DNA from: Camelus ferus
Lineage: Eukaryota
Direction of reading: 5' to 3'
DNA length: 64,000 nt
NCBI RefSeq assembly: GCF_009834535.1
Contig: NC_045696.1
Span: 65,784,001 to 65,848,000, forward strand
The translations under genes were made by a program, and so were the position numbers. Below, piece by piece: positions 13,689 through 26,510 of this stretch; positions within the stretch are counted from its first letter, which is position 1; every line of letters begins with the position of its first letter. Below the pieces are notes generated by a model. That model saw only the letters and a program-made list of their open reading frames with translations. It searched no databases and was not told where the DNA came from.

Positions 13689-15962
13689 AAAACATGGCAT
13701 TTTTAATCTTTCAACTCTTTAAAGTAACTCTGAGTTATAATTTTATTTTTATAGGCACCTTAGTGATGTGAAGTGGACAGTGAGATTTGTGTATTATCAT
13801 TTAATCCAACTGTGAACTAGGTAATTGATTCTGGAGAAATCTAAAACTGAGTGGGTTAACATTGTTATGAGATGTTACTGGGCAGGTTGATCCATTGATT
13901 GGTTTAATTTTGCAGCCTCAGAGAGAAGATGCTAAAACTGTAGAAGGAGAGATTTATATCAGAAATCAGAAAGTCCTAAAGCGATTAAGTCCTAAGGTAG
14001 ACTTTTGTTATGGGTATGAAAATTTCCCTGAGAGTGTTTTGGAAAACAACAAACAACAAATATTTGTAGAACAGCTGCCATGTAGATAAATTACAGTTTA
14101 AGCTTCCCCCCTCTCCAAGTTTGGGGTTAGAATATGTGAATTTTGGAATGTCTTTGGTTTTGATTTCTACGATTTGATACCTGACATAGCACCCAATCCT
14201 TTATACAGGTTGAATGAGAAGTTTATCTGAATTCTCAGGAACTAACACAAAGAATTTTTTTAAGTATTTGAAATTACCCAAATGCAAGTGTTTAGCATAG
14301 CTTAATTATGAGTTTAATTTTGGTGTATAATTGCATATATTTTTAAGATGTAATTACGTTCTATAATTTGCTAACCCTAATTTTAGTGAAGTGTTTACCA
14401 GCTTTGTGAAGTAGATGGCAATCAATAGACAAATATACTTATTACTGAGAGACATTATGAGGTTATTTATAGGTCTCTGAAGCATTAATTTCAGGATCTA
14501 GATAATGTGAAAAATGGCAATGACTCTCTTACAGTGTAGTTTTGATGATTCTGTAAGATCTTGTTGGTACAGCATTTAGTGCTAGGCCTGGTGCTTGGTA
14601 GCATACAATAGGTGTTAGTTATTATTATTATTGCAAATACTCATAGTTACTATTTTAAACACTTCTTAGTGACCAGGGCAACACTTTACTGTGCATATAA
14701 CTGCCAATGCTTTTGCAAGGAAAAAAAAAAAGAAAAAAATCTCAAAAAGAATAAAATAAAATGTCACATTTTAATAGGTTTTTACTGACTACCCTAAGTA
14801 TACCAAAAACATAGGTATGTAAAAAAAACGTGTTCCCCCTGCCCCAGGGAGAATATTTGGTTCTGAGATATAAAGATTTTAAAAATATTTGCCTAAAAAA
14901 TTGTTGCCAGTGTACTAGACTGAAGTAATTAGATATTAAATTGAACCCACACACTAGAAAAATATTAATTTTCTTAAAAGAATAGTTAATATGATATATA
15001 TTTTAAGGTCAAATTTTGAAAACAATAAAAATCTCAAGAACACTGTAGATACAAATTTTAAAACTGGTTTTATACTTAACAAATGCACCTATATTTATGG
15101 CAAAATTTGATCATACATTATATGATAACCAAAAGAACTTCAGAATTACTGTAGTCTTGGTTAAATATGTTCATGAATTGCTTTCACACTAGCTGCAGGA
15201 TATTGAACTAATTTGATATGAAAAACAAGTAAGCGTAATAGAGTCACTTGAAAACTGTATTTGATCTCTTGATTTGAAGGCAAAGTTCCTTTCACTCTTA
15301 CTTCTACAAATTTGCATTATTCAGCTTGGAGAGAAGACAGTTACAATGAGATTCAGTCATCTGCTCTATAGTAGGCTTTCCATTCCCCAGGGAGTGAGAT
15401 ATGAGCCTGTCGTAAATAAAACTGATAGACACAGTTGCAGTTCCTTAGCAATTAGTGGGGATGGGCACCGGGAGGGGAATTGTTTGCACAGAAATCAAAT
15501 TTAGTTTTCAAACCTGTATTTATGATTTTGAAAAGAGCCAAGAACAGGAAAAATTTAAATAGTCATTAGGGGTTTTATGGAAACTGAATAAATGAATGGT
15601 TTCAATGGGAAGCCAAATGTAAGTCTAAAAAAAGATAACTTAGCACTGGCAGGAAACCCTCAGGTCTTAAAATAATACATTTCAACATGAAGACAATCAT
15701 TCTTGAAAAACAATGACAAAGCCAATCAAAAATAATTTTCCCATTTTAAGGCCTCTGCAGAGTTTTAAGGCATTGTTTCTCTATTGACTTTTGTTTTTGA
15801 ATTTTTAGTTTGACCTCAACTTTATAGGCGGTATAGAAGAAATGTTGTTACTTCTTAGAGACCTTTCTATATTCTACTTTCATTATTGAAGTATGGTTTA
15901 AAATCTTAAATATCCAGGCAGCGCCTTCTCTCTGTAAACTATTCTAATAGTTTCCAACTATT

Positions 15963-16022
15963 CAAATTCTAATAGTACATAGCAAATTCTAATAGTATAT
16001 ATCAAATTCTAATAGCATATAA
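15963..16022. repeat. Minisatellite, 3 x 20 bp (caaattctaatagtacatag-like)
   Basis: caaattctaatagtacatag / caaattctaatagtatatat / caaattctaatagcatataa read directly. Confidence 0.9.
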
Positions 16023-19000
16023 CAATTTTATTTTGTTTGATTTATGTAAATAACATCAATTATTTATTCAGTGTCTGTGTGACTGTCACTATATTAGGTG
16101 CTGTGAAAAAATAGAATAATTAGATATAATCGTTGGCCTGAAAGAAACTCACAACCAAGGGGGGAAGAAATGAATATAAAGATAAATTACATACATATAA
16201 ATAGCTGAATGTATACATACTTGAGACAGAGGTGAAAAGAAAAAGAACAGTAAAATTGTAAAGAAAGTTATTAAGAAGTAAAATTTTGAACAGTGTCCTA
16301 TAAAACATAGAAGGAAACTGAAGGAAGCAGTCAGAATTCTGGAGGATTTGGCCAATTCTGGGGATGAGAAGTCTTATTGCAAAGCTGGGACAGTAAAAGG
16401 TGTGAGAGGTGAGAGGAAGGTCAGTACTGGTTGAAAACTACTTAAAGGATGCATATGATTCACTAGAGAGTGGCAGAGGAGAAGAAATTTGTGGTAAATA
16501 TAATAGCATGAGAAAAATGTGATCCCCTTACAGAAAATGAAGGCATATAAAAAACCTAGTACTACACGTATTTTTTACATTTTAAAAACTTCAAAAAATA
16601 TAAGCAAACACTATTAGAAGAGTGGGGGGTGAATATTTTAAGAAGCTGCAAGTTAAAAAAAAAAATTCCCCTTGATTATTTTTTTCGAAGTGATACCCAT
16701 AGACTGGAAGGAGGCTTTTCCTAACATTTGCAGAGCCCGGAGCAAGAGTACAAATAGAGGTCTATCACATGGGGAAATGTTCTACACTGAACGAGGAGAC
16801 CAGGTAGAAACTTAGAATTATCTATTTGCTTGGCAAGGCGGCAGTGCATGAAGAGCTGGCCCTGGTCCCTGAAGAGAAGAACACTCCCTTGATCCCCACC
16901 CTATTCCTATTCTATCCCCCACCCAATCCCATTGACCTGTACTGTGGGGGGCTGTGCACAAGGTGGCCATTCCATCCCACATGCCGAGCCTCTCTTTAGG
17001 TAGATACAAAGACACCCAGTGGTGTGATTCATCTTTGGGAGAAAGGACAGGTGGAGGACGCTAAGTAAGCTTGGATAGTTCAGACAAAGAATTCCAAGGT
17101 CTTGTGTGTCCAAATCATGGTCTCGAAGTTGGGAAACGTTTCTGGTTAGGCATGTCTCCTAGGGCCCTCCTATTTCCCACCCTGTGGGAGAAGCACGGCT
17201 GGAGAAGGGCCAGAATGGAAGATCCCAAAATCAGTGCTACCCATAGAGCAGTACTCCAACTGACACCATCAACTTCTTGTTACTGGTCCATGATGAGATA
17301 AGATGCTTCACCAGGATCTAAATAAACCACATCACTAGGCTTGTTGTTTACTTTTGCTGACATTTTCCCTTTTCCTTTAGGACGACTTGCCTAGGAAACC
17401 AATATTAGTTTACATTCTGATACAAGTTCCTTATCTTGTGATGGATCCACTCATGAGGTGGTACTGCTCTAAAGGATGAGGCCAAAATTGGGGCCACTCT
17501 TGACCAAGTCTAGAAGTTAGAGTTACAGGAGACCAACACAAGCAAACAAAATGATTTTTTTTTGATGCACAACATATTCCCAATAGGCATTTCTAATAGA
17601 GAATCAAATATCTGCCCTCTTTGAGACAGTCCTGTCAGAGACAAAGTCACCAGTGAACTCACATTATAGTCTTCCCAGTAACAGCATCAGTTTGATTCGA
17701 TTTAAAATATAAAACGTAACTAATCGGGACGCTAAATTTGGTCTTATTCCATGAAGTCAGTCCTAACCTTATAGTCTGTTTTCTACCCAGATTAGTGTGA
17801 CTAGTCACCGTTAAATACAATGATTTTATGAAAAGGATTTTGGTAATCTAATGTAAAACCATAGATGTGAAAAAATTAATTAAAGTTTTCAACTCAATTA
17901 ACTTCTCAACTTCAACTAATTAACTTCTAGCCAAACGACAATTGATGAATTATTAGGATACTGTGGACATTACTTGAGTTCTGTAACTGGAAGCTTTTAT
18001 TTTGGTACCATAGAGAAGATCAAGCTGGAGTTGTAACAGATGGTCCAATATCTTCTACTTTAAAGAGATCAGAAGTATTAACATTCAAATTTATAGAGTT
18101 GATTAATTAGAAGTGATGTCCCAATAACTAGAGTTTTCCCCTTAGGAACCACTCTAAGGGAAGACATTTAATATGTTTGCCTCTTTGTCTTAACAGATGT
18201 ACTATTTCACACACAGGCTGGCTATCAAAGAAACTTTAACCTCAAAAATAGTTCCGTTGACAATTAATCAGCAATAAAATTTAATCTCAGAAATTGCAAG
18301 GTAGTTCCTTTAGAAAATGGATTTAATTTACATACATTTATTTTGCACATTTTTTAGAACACAGTGTTCTACAACAAAAAAACCACTGAAATGTTAGATT
18401 TAATAGACTACTTTAAAAAGAGAATTCCATCAGCAGAGAGAATGTAAGGAGATAATTTTGAAAGAAGCTAATTTGAGCTCAACAGCTGCAGAGTACAATT
18501 CACCCTTACATGGGTTCAAGTGTACGGATCCAGGAGAGAACAATCGGGACCCCTTTAAACCTACTTACTGGCTCCTGGCCCTGAAACCCATTTGGCTCCA
18601 GGGAGAATCCAGGTGTTCAGGTTCATTTTAGGTCAAGACTGAATGAAATCCCAGAGTAGAATTCAAGGATGCCCCAACAAGACGAAATGATGATTGACTT
18701 GTTGATCACTTTCTTTTCATAGACATGGAAACTTGAGTTCTGGGGAGGGTAGGTGACTTTTTCAAGACTCAGAAAAATAAGATCATGATTTTCTTTCCTA
18801 AATCAGGATACACGTTCTACCACTGCTGCCTCAAAAACTGTTAATTGCGCTCTTTTAGCCACGTGAGCTTAGTGAGAATAACTTGTGATTTAGTAAGAAG
18901 TGCATTCTGCGTGGATGGACCATCTAAGCTTTGATACATGGCTACATCATTTATTCATTCATTTAGCCAAATATATGCTGAATAACTTCTATGCGCAAAG

Positions 19001-19025
19001 CACAGCTGGGTATGATGAATCACAG

Positions 19026-19138
19026 AGAGAGAATTAAAGCACGTTCAGTACCCCTACTGTCATCAAAAGTAGCAGCGACTGCTTCTAGCTAGAGCTTTTG
19101 ATGACAGTAAGGGTACTGAACATGTTTTAATCCTCTCT
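19026..19138. repeat. Inverted repeat, 44-bp arms, 25-bp spacer
   Basis: 19026-19069 and 19095-19138 are reverse complements at 40/44 positions. Confidence 0.95.
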
Positions 19139-19140
19139 TG

Positions 19141-19553
19141 GCTATTTGCAACAGCATGGATGAACATAGAGGGTGTTATACTAAGTGAAATGAGTTAGAT
19201 AAAGTGAAACAAATACTCTATGTTATCACTTACATGTGGAATCTAAAAAATAAAGCAAACAAATGTATGTAACAAAACAGAAGCAGATTCACAGATACAG
19301 AGAACAAGCTAGCGGTTACCGGCAGGGAGAAGGATGAGGGGAAGAGCCAAATAAGGGTCTGGGATTAAAAGATATAAACTACTATGTATAAAATAAATAA
19401 GCCACAAGGATAATTGTACAGCACAGGGAAATATAGCCATGATCGTGTAATGACTTTAAAGGGAGTATAATCTATAAAAATATTGAATCACTATGTTGTA
19501 TACCTGAAACTAATACAGTATTGTAAATCAACTATACTTAAATTATAAAAAAG
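19141..19553 (+). mobile_element. 5'-truncated L1 3' end
   Basis: gctatttgcaacagcatggatgaac...gtacagcacagggaaatatagcc...gtaaatcaactatacttaaattataaaaaag. Confidence 0.85.
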
Positions 19554-20573
19554 AAATAGATACACATATCCAATGTGATATTTATTCTAATACAAAAAAT
19601 GCTATAGTCTTTGAAGGGTCAGTTTATGGGTTATTGGAGGAAGTAAAGAGCGTATCTCATGGGGGTGCAGGAATGGGGATCAAAGCTACAAAGATGAATT
19701 TATAACTGGGACTCAAAGGGTTTTCCCAGGAAAGAGTGGAGATAGTGGCAAGTTGCCCAGGAAAGCTGGCAGCTTAAGGATGGAGGAGAACTGATTATAG
19801 GATGCAGATACCAGATCCTGGCTAAGAAGGAAAGTTCATAAAAAAAACTTAACCAAGAGAAGGAAAAGGAAAGGAACCAGCTCACCACAGCTACAACCCA
19901 GGAGTGTCAGAGCTGAAATAATGTCAGAGTGAAAGAACGTCTTGGTCCAAACCATGTTTATTTGGAAATGACTGGCAGGCTCAATATTCTATTCTCGGTA
20001 TATATGTTTGGCGTGGGGAGGCAGCATGCAGGGATTGCTGTAAAAACCTATACTTCTATTTTCTATCCAACAAAGGTCACTCTGTTTGGTGCCTATCAAG
20101 TCCAACTAATAATGAATATAGATAGGTCCCACTTGAGTACTATTTTATTGAGATTTTTTATGAGGTTCTCAAATAATTTCATCATAATATGAGCTCGAAG
20201 AATGAACTCTAGAGATAGCAACACTCTATTGTACGGTTTTATATGTTCATCTGAATCATAGAGAATTCTTGAAAATATATTGAAAAAGAAGTAACAATCA
20301 CCCATAATTCAAAACAAGGACCCAAAGCAACTAGTGCTAAAATTTTGGGTTTATGTGTGAATGTTTGTGTATATAGACATATAGTATATATATATAGTGA
20401 TTAAATGATCACTTTTAGAAATGATATTATTATATTGTATGCCTTGGGAATGCAAGAAGACAAACTTCATAGTAATCAAAGAAACACACTTAAAAGAATA
20501 AAAAACTGTATTTCATTTAATAAATTAGAAGTGATTAACAATTAATGGCAATATCCAGTGTGAGCAAAGGTTT

Positions 20574-20948
20574 TTTTTTTTATGGTACCGATTTTAAATA
20601 CAGTCTTATTTAAGACATTGTATTTTCCACTTACAATACAGGGCTTATAAAGTGCAATGTTACAATATGTCCCTGTGCACATATTCCGTATTCAAATATC
20701 AAGAATGCCCAGTTATTTATTATAGCAGCTCAACTTTAAAACTGCCGTGGAATTTGCTACAAATTTGAGTCCTTCAGTGTCTTGTGTGGAACAATGCTAA
20801 ACCTGTGCTAGGCTGGCTTCATCAGCCTCTTCAATGGTGAGCCCAGAGGAGGCACCACCAGATGGAGAAGCGCCCCCACCAGGGAAGCCCCCAGGAGTCC
20901 CTCCTGGCATGGCTCCTGCACTCTGGGACAGCTTGGTGATGACTGGAC
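20574..20948 (-). pseudogene. HSPA8: 5'-truncated processed pseudogene fragment of HSPA8 (HSC70): C-terminal codons, 3' UTR, poly(A)
   Basis: Minus-strand translation [42 protein letters not shown] matches the recalled HSC70 end [42 protein letters not shown]. Poly(A) appears as the T-run at 20571-20581. TSD gtgtgagcaaaggttt (20558-20573) / gtgtgggcaaaggttt (20949-20964). Confidence 0.93.
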
Positions 20949-21759
20949 GTGTGGGCAAAGGTTTGGGAATATGGGCAAGTGTTGACAGAAGTGTAATTGT
21001 TTTTAACGTTTTGTAGAGCAATCAGTCTATATACATCAAAAGCTTTTGAGATTGTTTTTACTGTGACCTAAGAATTTATAAAAAGAAAGTGACATGAATA
21101 TATACAAAGCTTTACGAATAAGTGTATTAGCTAAAATAGCATTTCAAATACTAAATGATTTTAAACAACATAATTTTCAATGCTAATTAAATAAATGATG
21201 ATATGGCTACATGATGTAATAAGATACAGCTATGGACCATATGGGGTAAAGTGTGATGTGATTATGGAGTAAAATGTTAATGAAATGTGTTGAATTTTAA
21301 AGGTTGTAAAACTGGTATATGCGTGTTTGTGTTACCTCAAATCTTTTAGGAATGTATATGTATGATTTGGTCATGAAACAATTTTGTTAAAATGGTAAAA
21401 ATTAAAATGCTATCCCAGAGAGAGAAAGTGCAACCTTTAGTAATGTGGGTAAACTACAGTTTGATGTAAAACTACTTTTTAAGGATAATAAGAGAAACCA
21501 CGTGTACAATACTCTAGTCCTGCATCTTTGTCTACTATTTTTTCATGCGTGTGTATTTATACTAGTTTCTATATAGGTTGTTGACTTTTTTAAAGAATAT
21601 TTTTATCTTAGTGGCAGAATCAAAGCTGAACTTAGCTCCTCTTTTGTCAACTACAAAGCAAATAGAAAACAGATTTGCTGTATGGGGTTTCCATCCCTGT
21701 TCACATAAACGATACCTTCCATTGAAAGGTAGGTTCTGTTTCCCGACACTTAGAATCTG

Positions 21760-22219
21760 GGTTGGACTTGACACTTGCATTGAACAATAGAACACATTGG
21801 AATTGACTCTTTGGGACTTCTGAGCCCAGGCCTTAAGTAAGAGTTGTCGGATCTTCTGCTTTTGCTCAGGGAGAATGCAGACACAGCATAAGACATCCAG
21901 GTTCACATGTGAAATGAGAGAGAGGCCACATGTAGAAGGACTGAGGGCTCAGACATATGTGGGAATCCAGCCGACATCACGTGAAAAAAGAGGCCCAGTC
22001 CTTGATCCATCCCAGCTGAGGAGTTAGCCATTTGAGCGAGACAATCTTGAACTTTCTGGCTGGGTGGATGTTTTAGCTGAATGCAACTGAAGAAGGACCA
22101 TCTGTCACCACGTGGGAGAGGTGAGGATGCCCGAATATCTGACCCGCAGAGAAAAATGACTGTCATTTGAAGCCACTCAACTTTAAGTTGTTAATTATGC
22201 AGCATAGTTAACTGAAACA
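21760..22219 (+). mobile_element. MaLR (MLT1-type) solo LTR
   Basis: gagagagaggccacatgtagaaggactgaggg...agctgaatgcaactga...tttgaagccactcaactttaagttgttaattatgcagcatagttaactgaaaca: MLT1-like 3' end. Start approximate. Confidence 0.65.
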
Positions 22220-25200
22220 ATTAACTATGCATCAGTAAGTAAACTAGTGTGTAGTAAGAAACTAAGTAGTACCTGGTAAACTGGCTGTTAACTAGGTAAC
22301 TAGCATCCAGAAACGTAATTCAGTACCTAGAACTGGCCACTGAAGAGCCCTTTCAAAGGCAGATTCTCTTGACATGGAAATGAATCAACATTTTCTTTGT
22401 GTGTTATTTCTGCATATGCTATTTCTTATAATAGGATTTAGCGCATAAACTCATGTCTTACTTATATGCTATTTCTTATAACATCTTGCTTATATGGTTT
22501 TGCCATGTTTATTAATAACATAATAAAATGTTTGTTACCTTCTACTTTCTGCATAGGATATAGGTAAGTCATTTAACAGACTAGGGTGACATTTGGATCT
22601 AATTGCAATTTATGGCAGGTTGAACATATAGAATTCGTGAGAATAAAGTTTGGACTGGAGAAAGAATCTTGGTTCTTCTAGTGATTTGAGGGTGTGTAAG
22701 CAAGTGCTTGGGCAAGCTCCTTACTCCTCCCAGTCTCTGATTCCTCATTTCTAAACAGAGAGGGAGAAACAGTGTTGACATCTGAATTCCCATCTAATCA
22801 GCCATGAAGAGTCTGGATTTAGTTAAAAGTACTAAGACACACATTTTAGCTTGAACATTTATTTCAATTTCTCTCTTAAACATGTTCCATAATATAATGA
22901 AGGATTACAAATAGTTTTTAGACTTTTAAAAGCTAATTTGTGTCATTATGTATGAGAGCAACTGGGGAGAAGACTGTCATGGCTGAGATTTGGTGATTAA
23001 TATTCTTATTATCTAGAAATTATTTCTAGAACCTAGACTTGAGCCAGAGTTAAGTGAGTAAACCCACTTTATAAGGCCAGCAAGGTCCTGATTTATTTTG
23101 TAGGAGTTATTTCAATGAACCCCAACAAAATATTTTTCAAATTACTGTAAGTGCTTTTAAAAGATGAAAATTAAGCTGGGCACATGAGGGAAAGAATGAT
23201 CAGAATGGTAAAGGACCTGAAACCATGATGTTAGGTGAAAGAACTGGAATATATAGTCTAGAAAAGAGAATGGAGGAGGATAGATTACTCTTTGTGGCCC
23301 TTAGAGGAAGAAAGAATGAGGAATGGAATTAAAGGGAGTTAAATTTGACTCTGTTATGTGGAAGAACTTCTTAAGAATTCTCTCATAAAGGAATCCATCA
23401 AGCCAAGATTATACAATCATTTGAGAGAAAGTCTTCCAAGTATATTCAAGAACTAGTTTCTGGTTATTCTAAGACTCTAGGTGACTACTTTAATGCATAA
23501 AGATATTCTGACTTTAAAAAGAAGTTTAGGTAGAGATTTCTCCTCCTGGGCCTTGGGACAGTGAAAGGGCTAAGGTTGAAGGCTGCACTTTGGGGATGGT
23601 TAGTACAGCAAAGCTTTTCAGGGACAGTAGCATCAACTCCTAGGCAAATAGTCTGGTTACAGGTCTGAAGCATTCACAAGGTTAGCCAACCTTCAAAGAC
23701 AAACACACATTTCTCTGAATGTTCCTTCACCAGAATTACATCAATGTGCTCTTTAATTCTTGTATTTTAAAACCCATGATTTTCTTGTGGTGAGTGTCTC
23801 CAAGCCATTGGAGACCTTGAGGATAAGGACTTGCCAAAGCCAGTTGTGGCCCGGGCACGTGTGCCAGCTGGATGATCATGCTTAACTTTGGGTTTTTTAT
23901 TTTCCTTCTTCTTGCAGCTTTGAGTAAAGAACACTTTCTTGGTTTTCTTGGGTCCCAAATTCAGGACTCTGCACTGAAGTCATCTTTAGAGCTAGACTGT
24001 CATAGGGTACCCTTGAGGGAAAGTAAAATGTGTTTTTCTTTCTAAGGGACTTGACCAAAATCATTTTCCATCTCAGAGCCTCTGTTAAGGAATTCAGAGC
24101 TGCCTTTCTGATCCTTCCCAGTTCTAAAAAAGAACAAAAGCTTTTTCCTTGCATCATAGTTTGGATGTAAATTCTTATTAATGCCTTGGACTCCTGCCAT
24201 GTCCATGTACTTTCAGATTCCTGGATAAACTTCTGATGTACTGAATCACAAACTACAATTACACACGTAAGAAATGACTGGTTTCAATGTTTTATTAACA
24301 TTCTGGCTTTTCAGACTAGAATTTTTGTCCTTTTGATTTTCCTATATTCCTCGTCAAACAATGGTGGAAACAAGAGCTGAAGAATTTAGCTTTGTAAAAA
24401 TTTCCCCACTTGACCTAGAATCATAGAACCTGAGATGGGAAGGACTAACATTTGAAATCATTATTAGAAGTCCCCCAATTGATAACTGAGAAGGTATTTG
24501 CCTTGAGGTGTTGAATGATTGCACATAGAAGGCAACTATCTTCATTCCTTTTCCACCCCTCTTCCAACCACACCCTGCTTATTCTTAAAACATGTTCTTG
24601 GCCTCCACAGAACTCCTAAGGCTGTGACTAGGTGCTTGGCCTCTATGCTAAGAAAGTCTTTTACAGCAAAAAGAGCCCAGAGATCAGACTTACTGGCTGA
24701 ATCAGATACCAAATATGTTATATAAAATACCCAAATTTAAGCTTCTTTCCCTTCCAAAATTCCAAATGGGAAAAATATTTTTAAAAAATTATGGTGTATC
24801 CATTACATGTAAGACAGGAGGACTATTTGTTTATAGCACCTTTAAACAAAGGAAAAAAATACAAGAAATAAAAATACAGAATACAAAAAAATACAATATC
24901 TTGTTATACATATCATGAATAAGGGCAGTGTGATAACTATGATTAAAAGACATGAGGTTCATTTTTATGTGTGGATTTATGAAATCAGTTTTGCATGCAA
25001 AGATATTAATTATAATTATCAGTTTCATTTTTTATTTTCTGAATATTCTACATAATATAAATTGCTTTCTGATACTTATCTTTATTCAATAATATATTTG
25101 TAGTTTTCTTTCTACTGATTGAGATACAGATCATTGTTTTGATCCAATTTTGTGGCAAAAGTTGAAGCATTGATGGGGATTTTCAGTTGTTTACCTTAGG

Positions 25201-25254
25201 ACACAAGTGTGTGCATTAACTGGAATTTGTATTTCTTATCTTTGGAGGACCAAT

Positions 25255-26510
25255 TCAGTTCAACACACATTTATTTAGTGCCAGTTTATGATGTGTTATC
25301 TATGTTAAAGGGATGTATCGGAAGAAAGTAAGAGTAGGTGATGGAAGCCATCGGAGAGTTTATGACAGATGAAAAATAAGAATACCTTAGTTTAAGGTGT
25401 GAGCACAAGCAATGGAATCAGATGCGCAGATTGAGATCTATCTTGGTGATAACATTAATTGGTGAAGCTATTTTGGGAGGAAAGGGAATGAGAGGAGTCA
25501 AAGCTGACAAGCAGGTTTTGCTTTGAGCATCTGGGTAGAAGGTGTCATTGACTGGGCAGCATTGAGTGGCACCAAATAAAGAACAAACAGTATTGGAGGG
25601 AGAGAAGATTATGAGTTAGTTTTGAATATCTGTTGAGTTTGAGGTGTCTGTGAAGCACTTGAATACAGATGTGAAGTAGACAGTTGGATAAATAGCCTGG
25701 ATCTTAAAAGAGAGGTGTGGACTAGTAGACAGATTGGGTATCCATTAGAATATAGGTGCTCACTGAGGTCAAACGCGTAGGAGAGATGACATAGTCCTGG
25801 ATGGAGAATGCAGAGTGGAGGACAAGAAGGCCTAGGACAGTTCCCTGAGAAAAATTTGATAGCTCAATAAGGGAAGATGAACCTTCAAGTAAGACTAAGG
25901 TAAATAGCTAGAAAAAGGGAAATTAAAAGTTTCTAAGGTTGAGAAGCTAGAGGAACGGAATATTATAAGGAGGAGAAAGTGATTGTTTTGGAGATGACTA
26001 AGTGGTCTAACAAGCTAAGGAACAAAAAGTTTCTCCTGGACTTGGTGAAACAGAAGACACTGCTAATAGGGATGAAAGCAGTCTGGGTGGAATGTAAGGG
26101 GAAAATCGGGCAGCAGAGGGGTGAATAATTGTCTTGTGGGGTTAAGACTGATGATTGTGAGTTTATAAGGAAATCAATCAGTGCAGCTGTGGGTTCCCCC
26201 TCCGCCAATAGTGCTTAGTGCCTCGGGTACAGGCACAGAAAAGTCAAAAGTCACATTAGTGTGGAGAATGTGGTTTGTTGGAGAGGCGAAATGAAAGGGG
26301 AAAGGGGACAGGGATTTTAGGGAAGAAAGTGGACTCTCACCTGGATAGGAGAAGAGTAAAGGGCTGAAAGATGGGGGAAAGCAGAGGGTTTAATAAACCA
26401 GTGATTCCATTGAGGTTGAAGGTCAGCTGGACTGAGGGCAAATGATCCAATAAGCTGGAATTTATAGACGATTGTGGTCAGAACCTGAGATTTCTTTATG
26501 ATTGTTCCAA
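25255..26510 (-). mobile_element. L2 LINE remnant
   Basis: Purine-rich antisense L2 motifs (gagtttgaggtgtctgtgaagcacttgaatacagatgtgaagtagacagttggataaatag). Boundaries approximate. Confidence 0.7.

Noticed and set aside
15963..16022. Repeat array as CRISPR-like
   Set aside because: Head-to-tail tandem units without unique spacers in mammalian DNA; a minisatellite.
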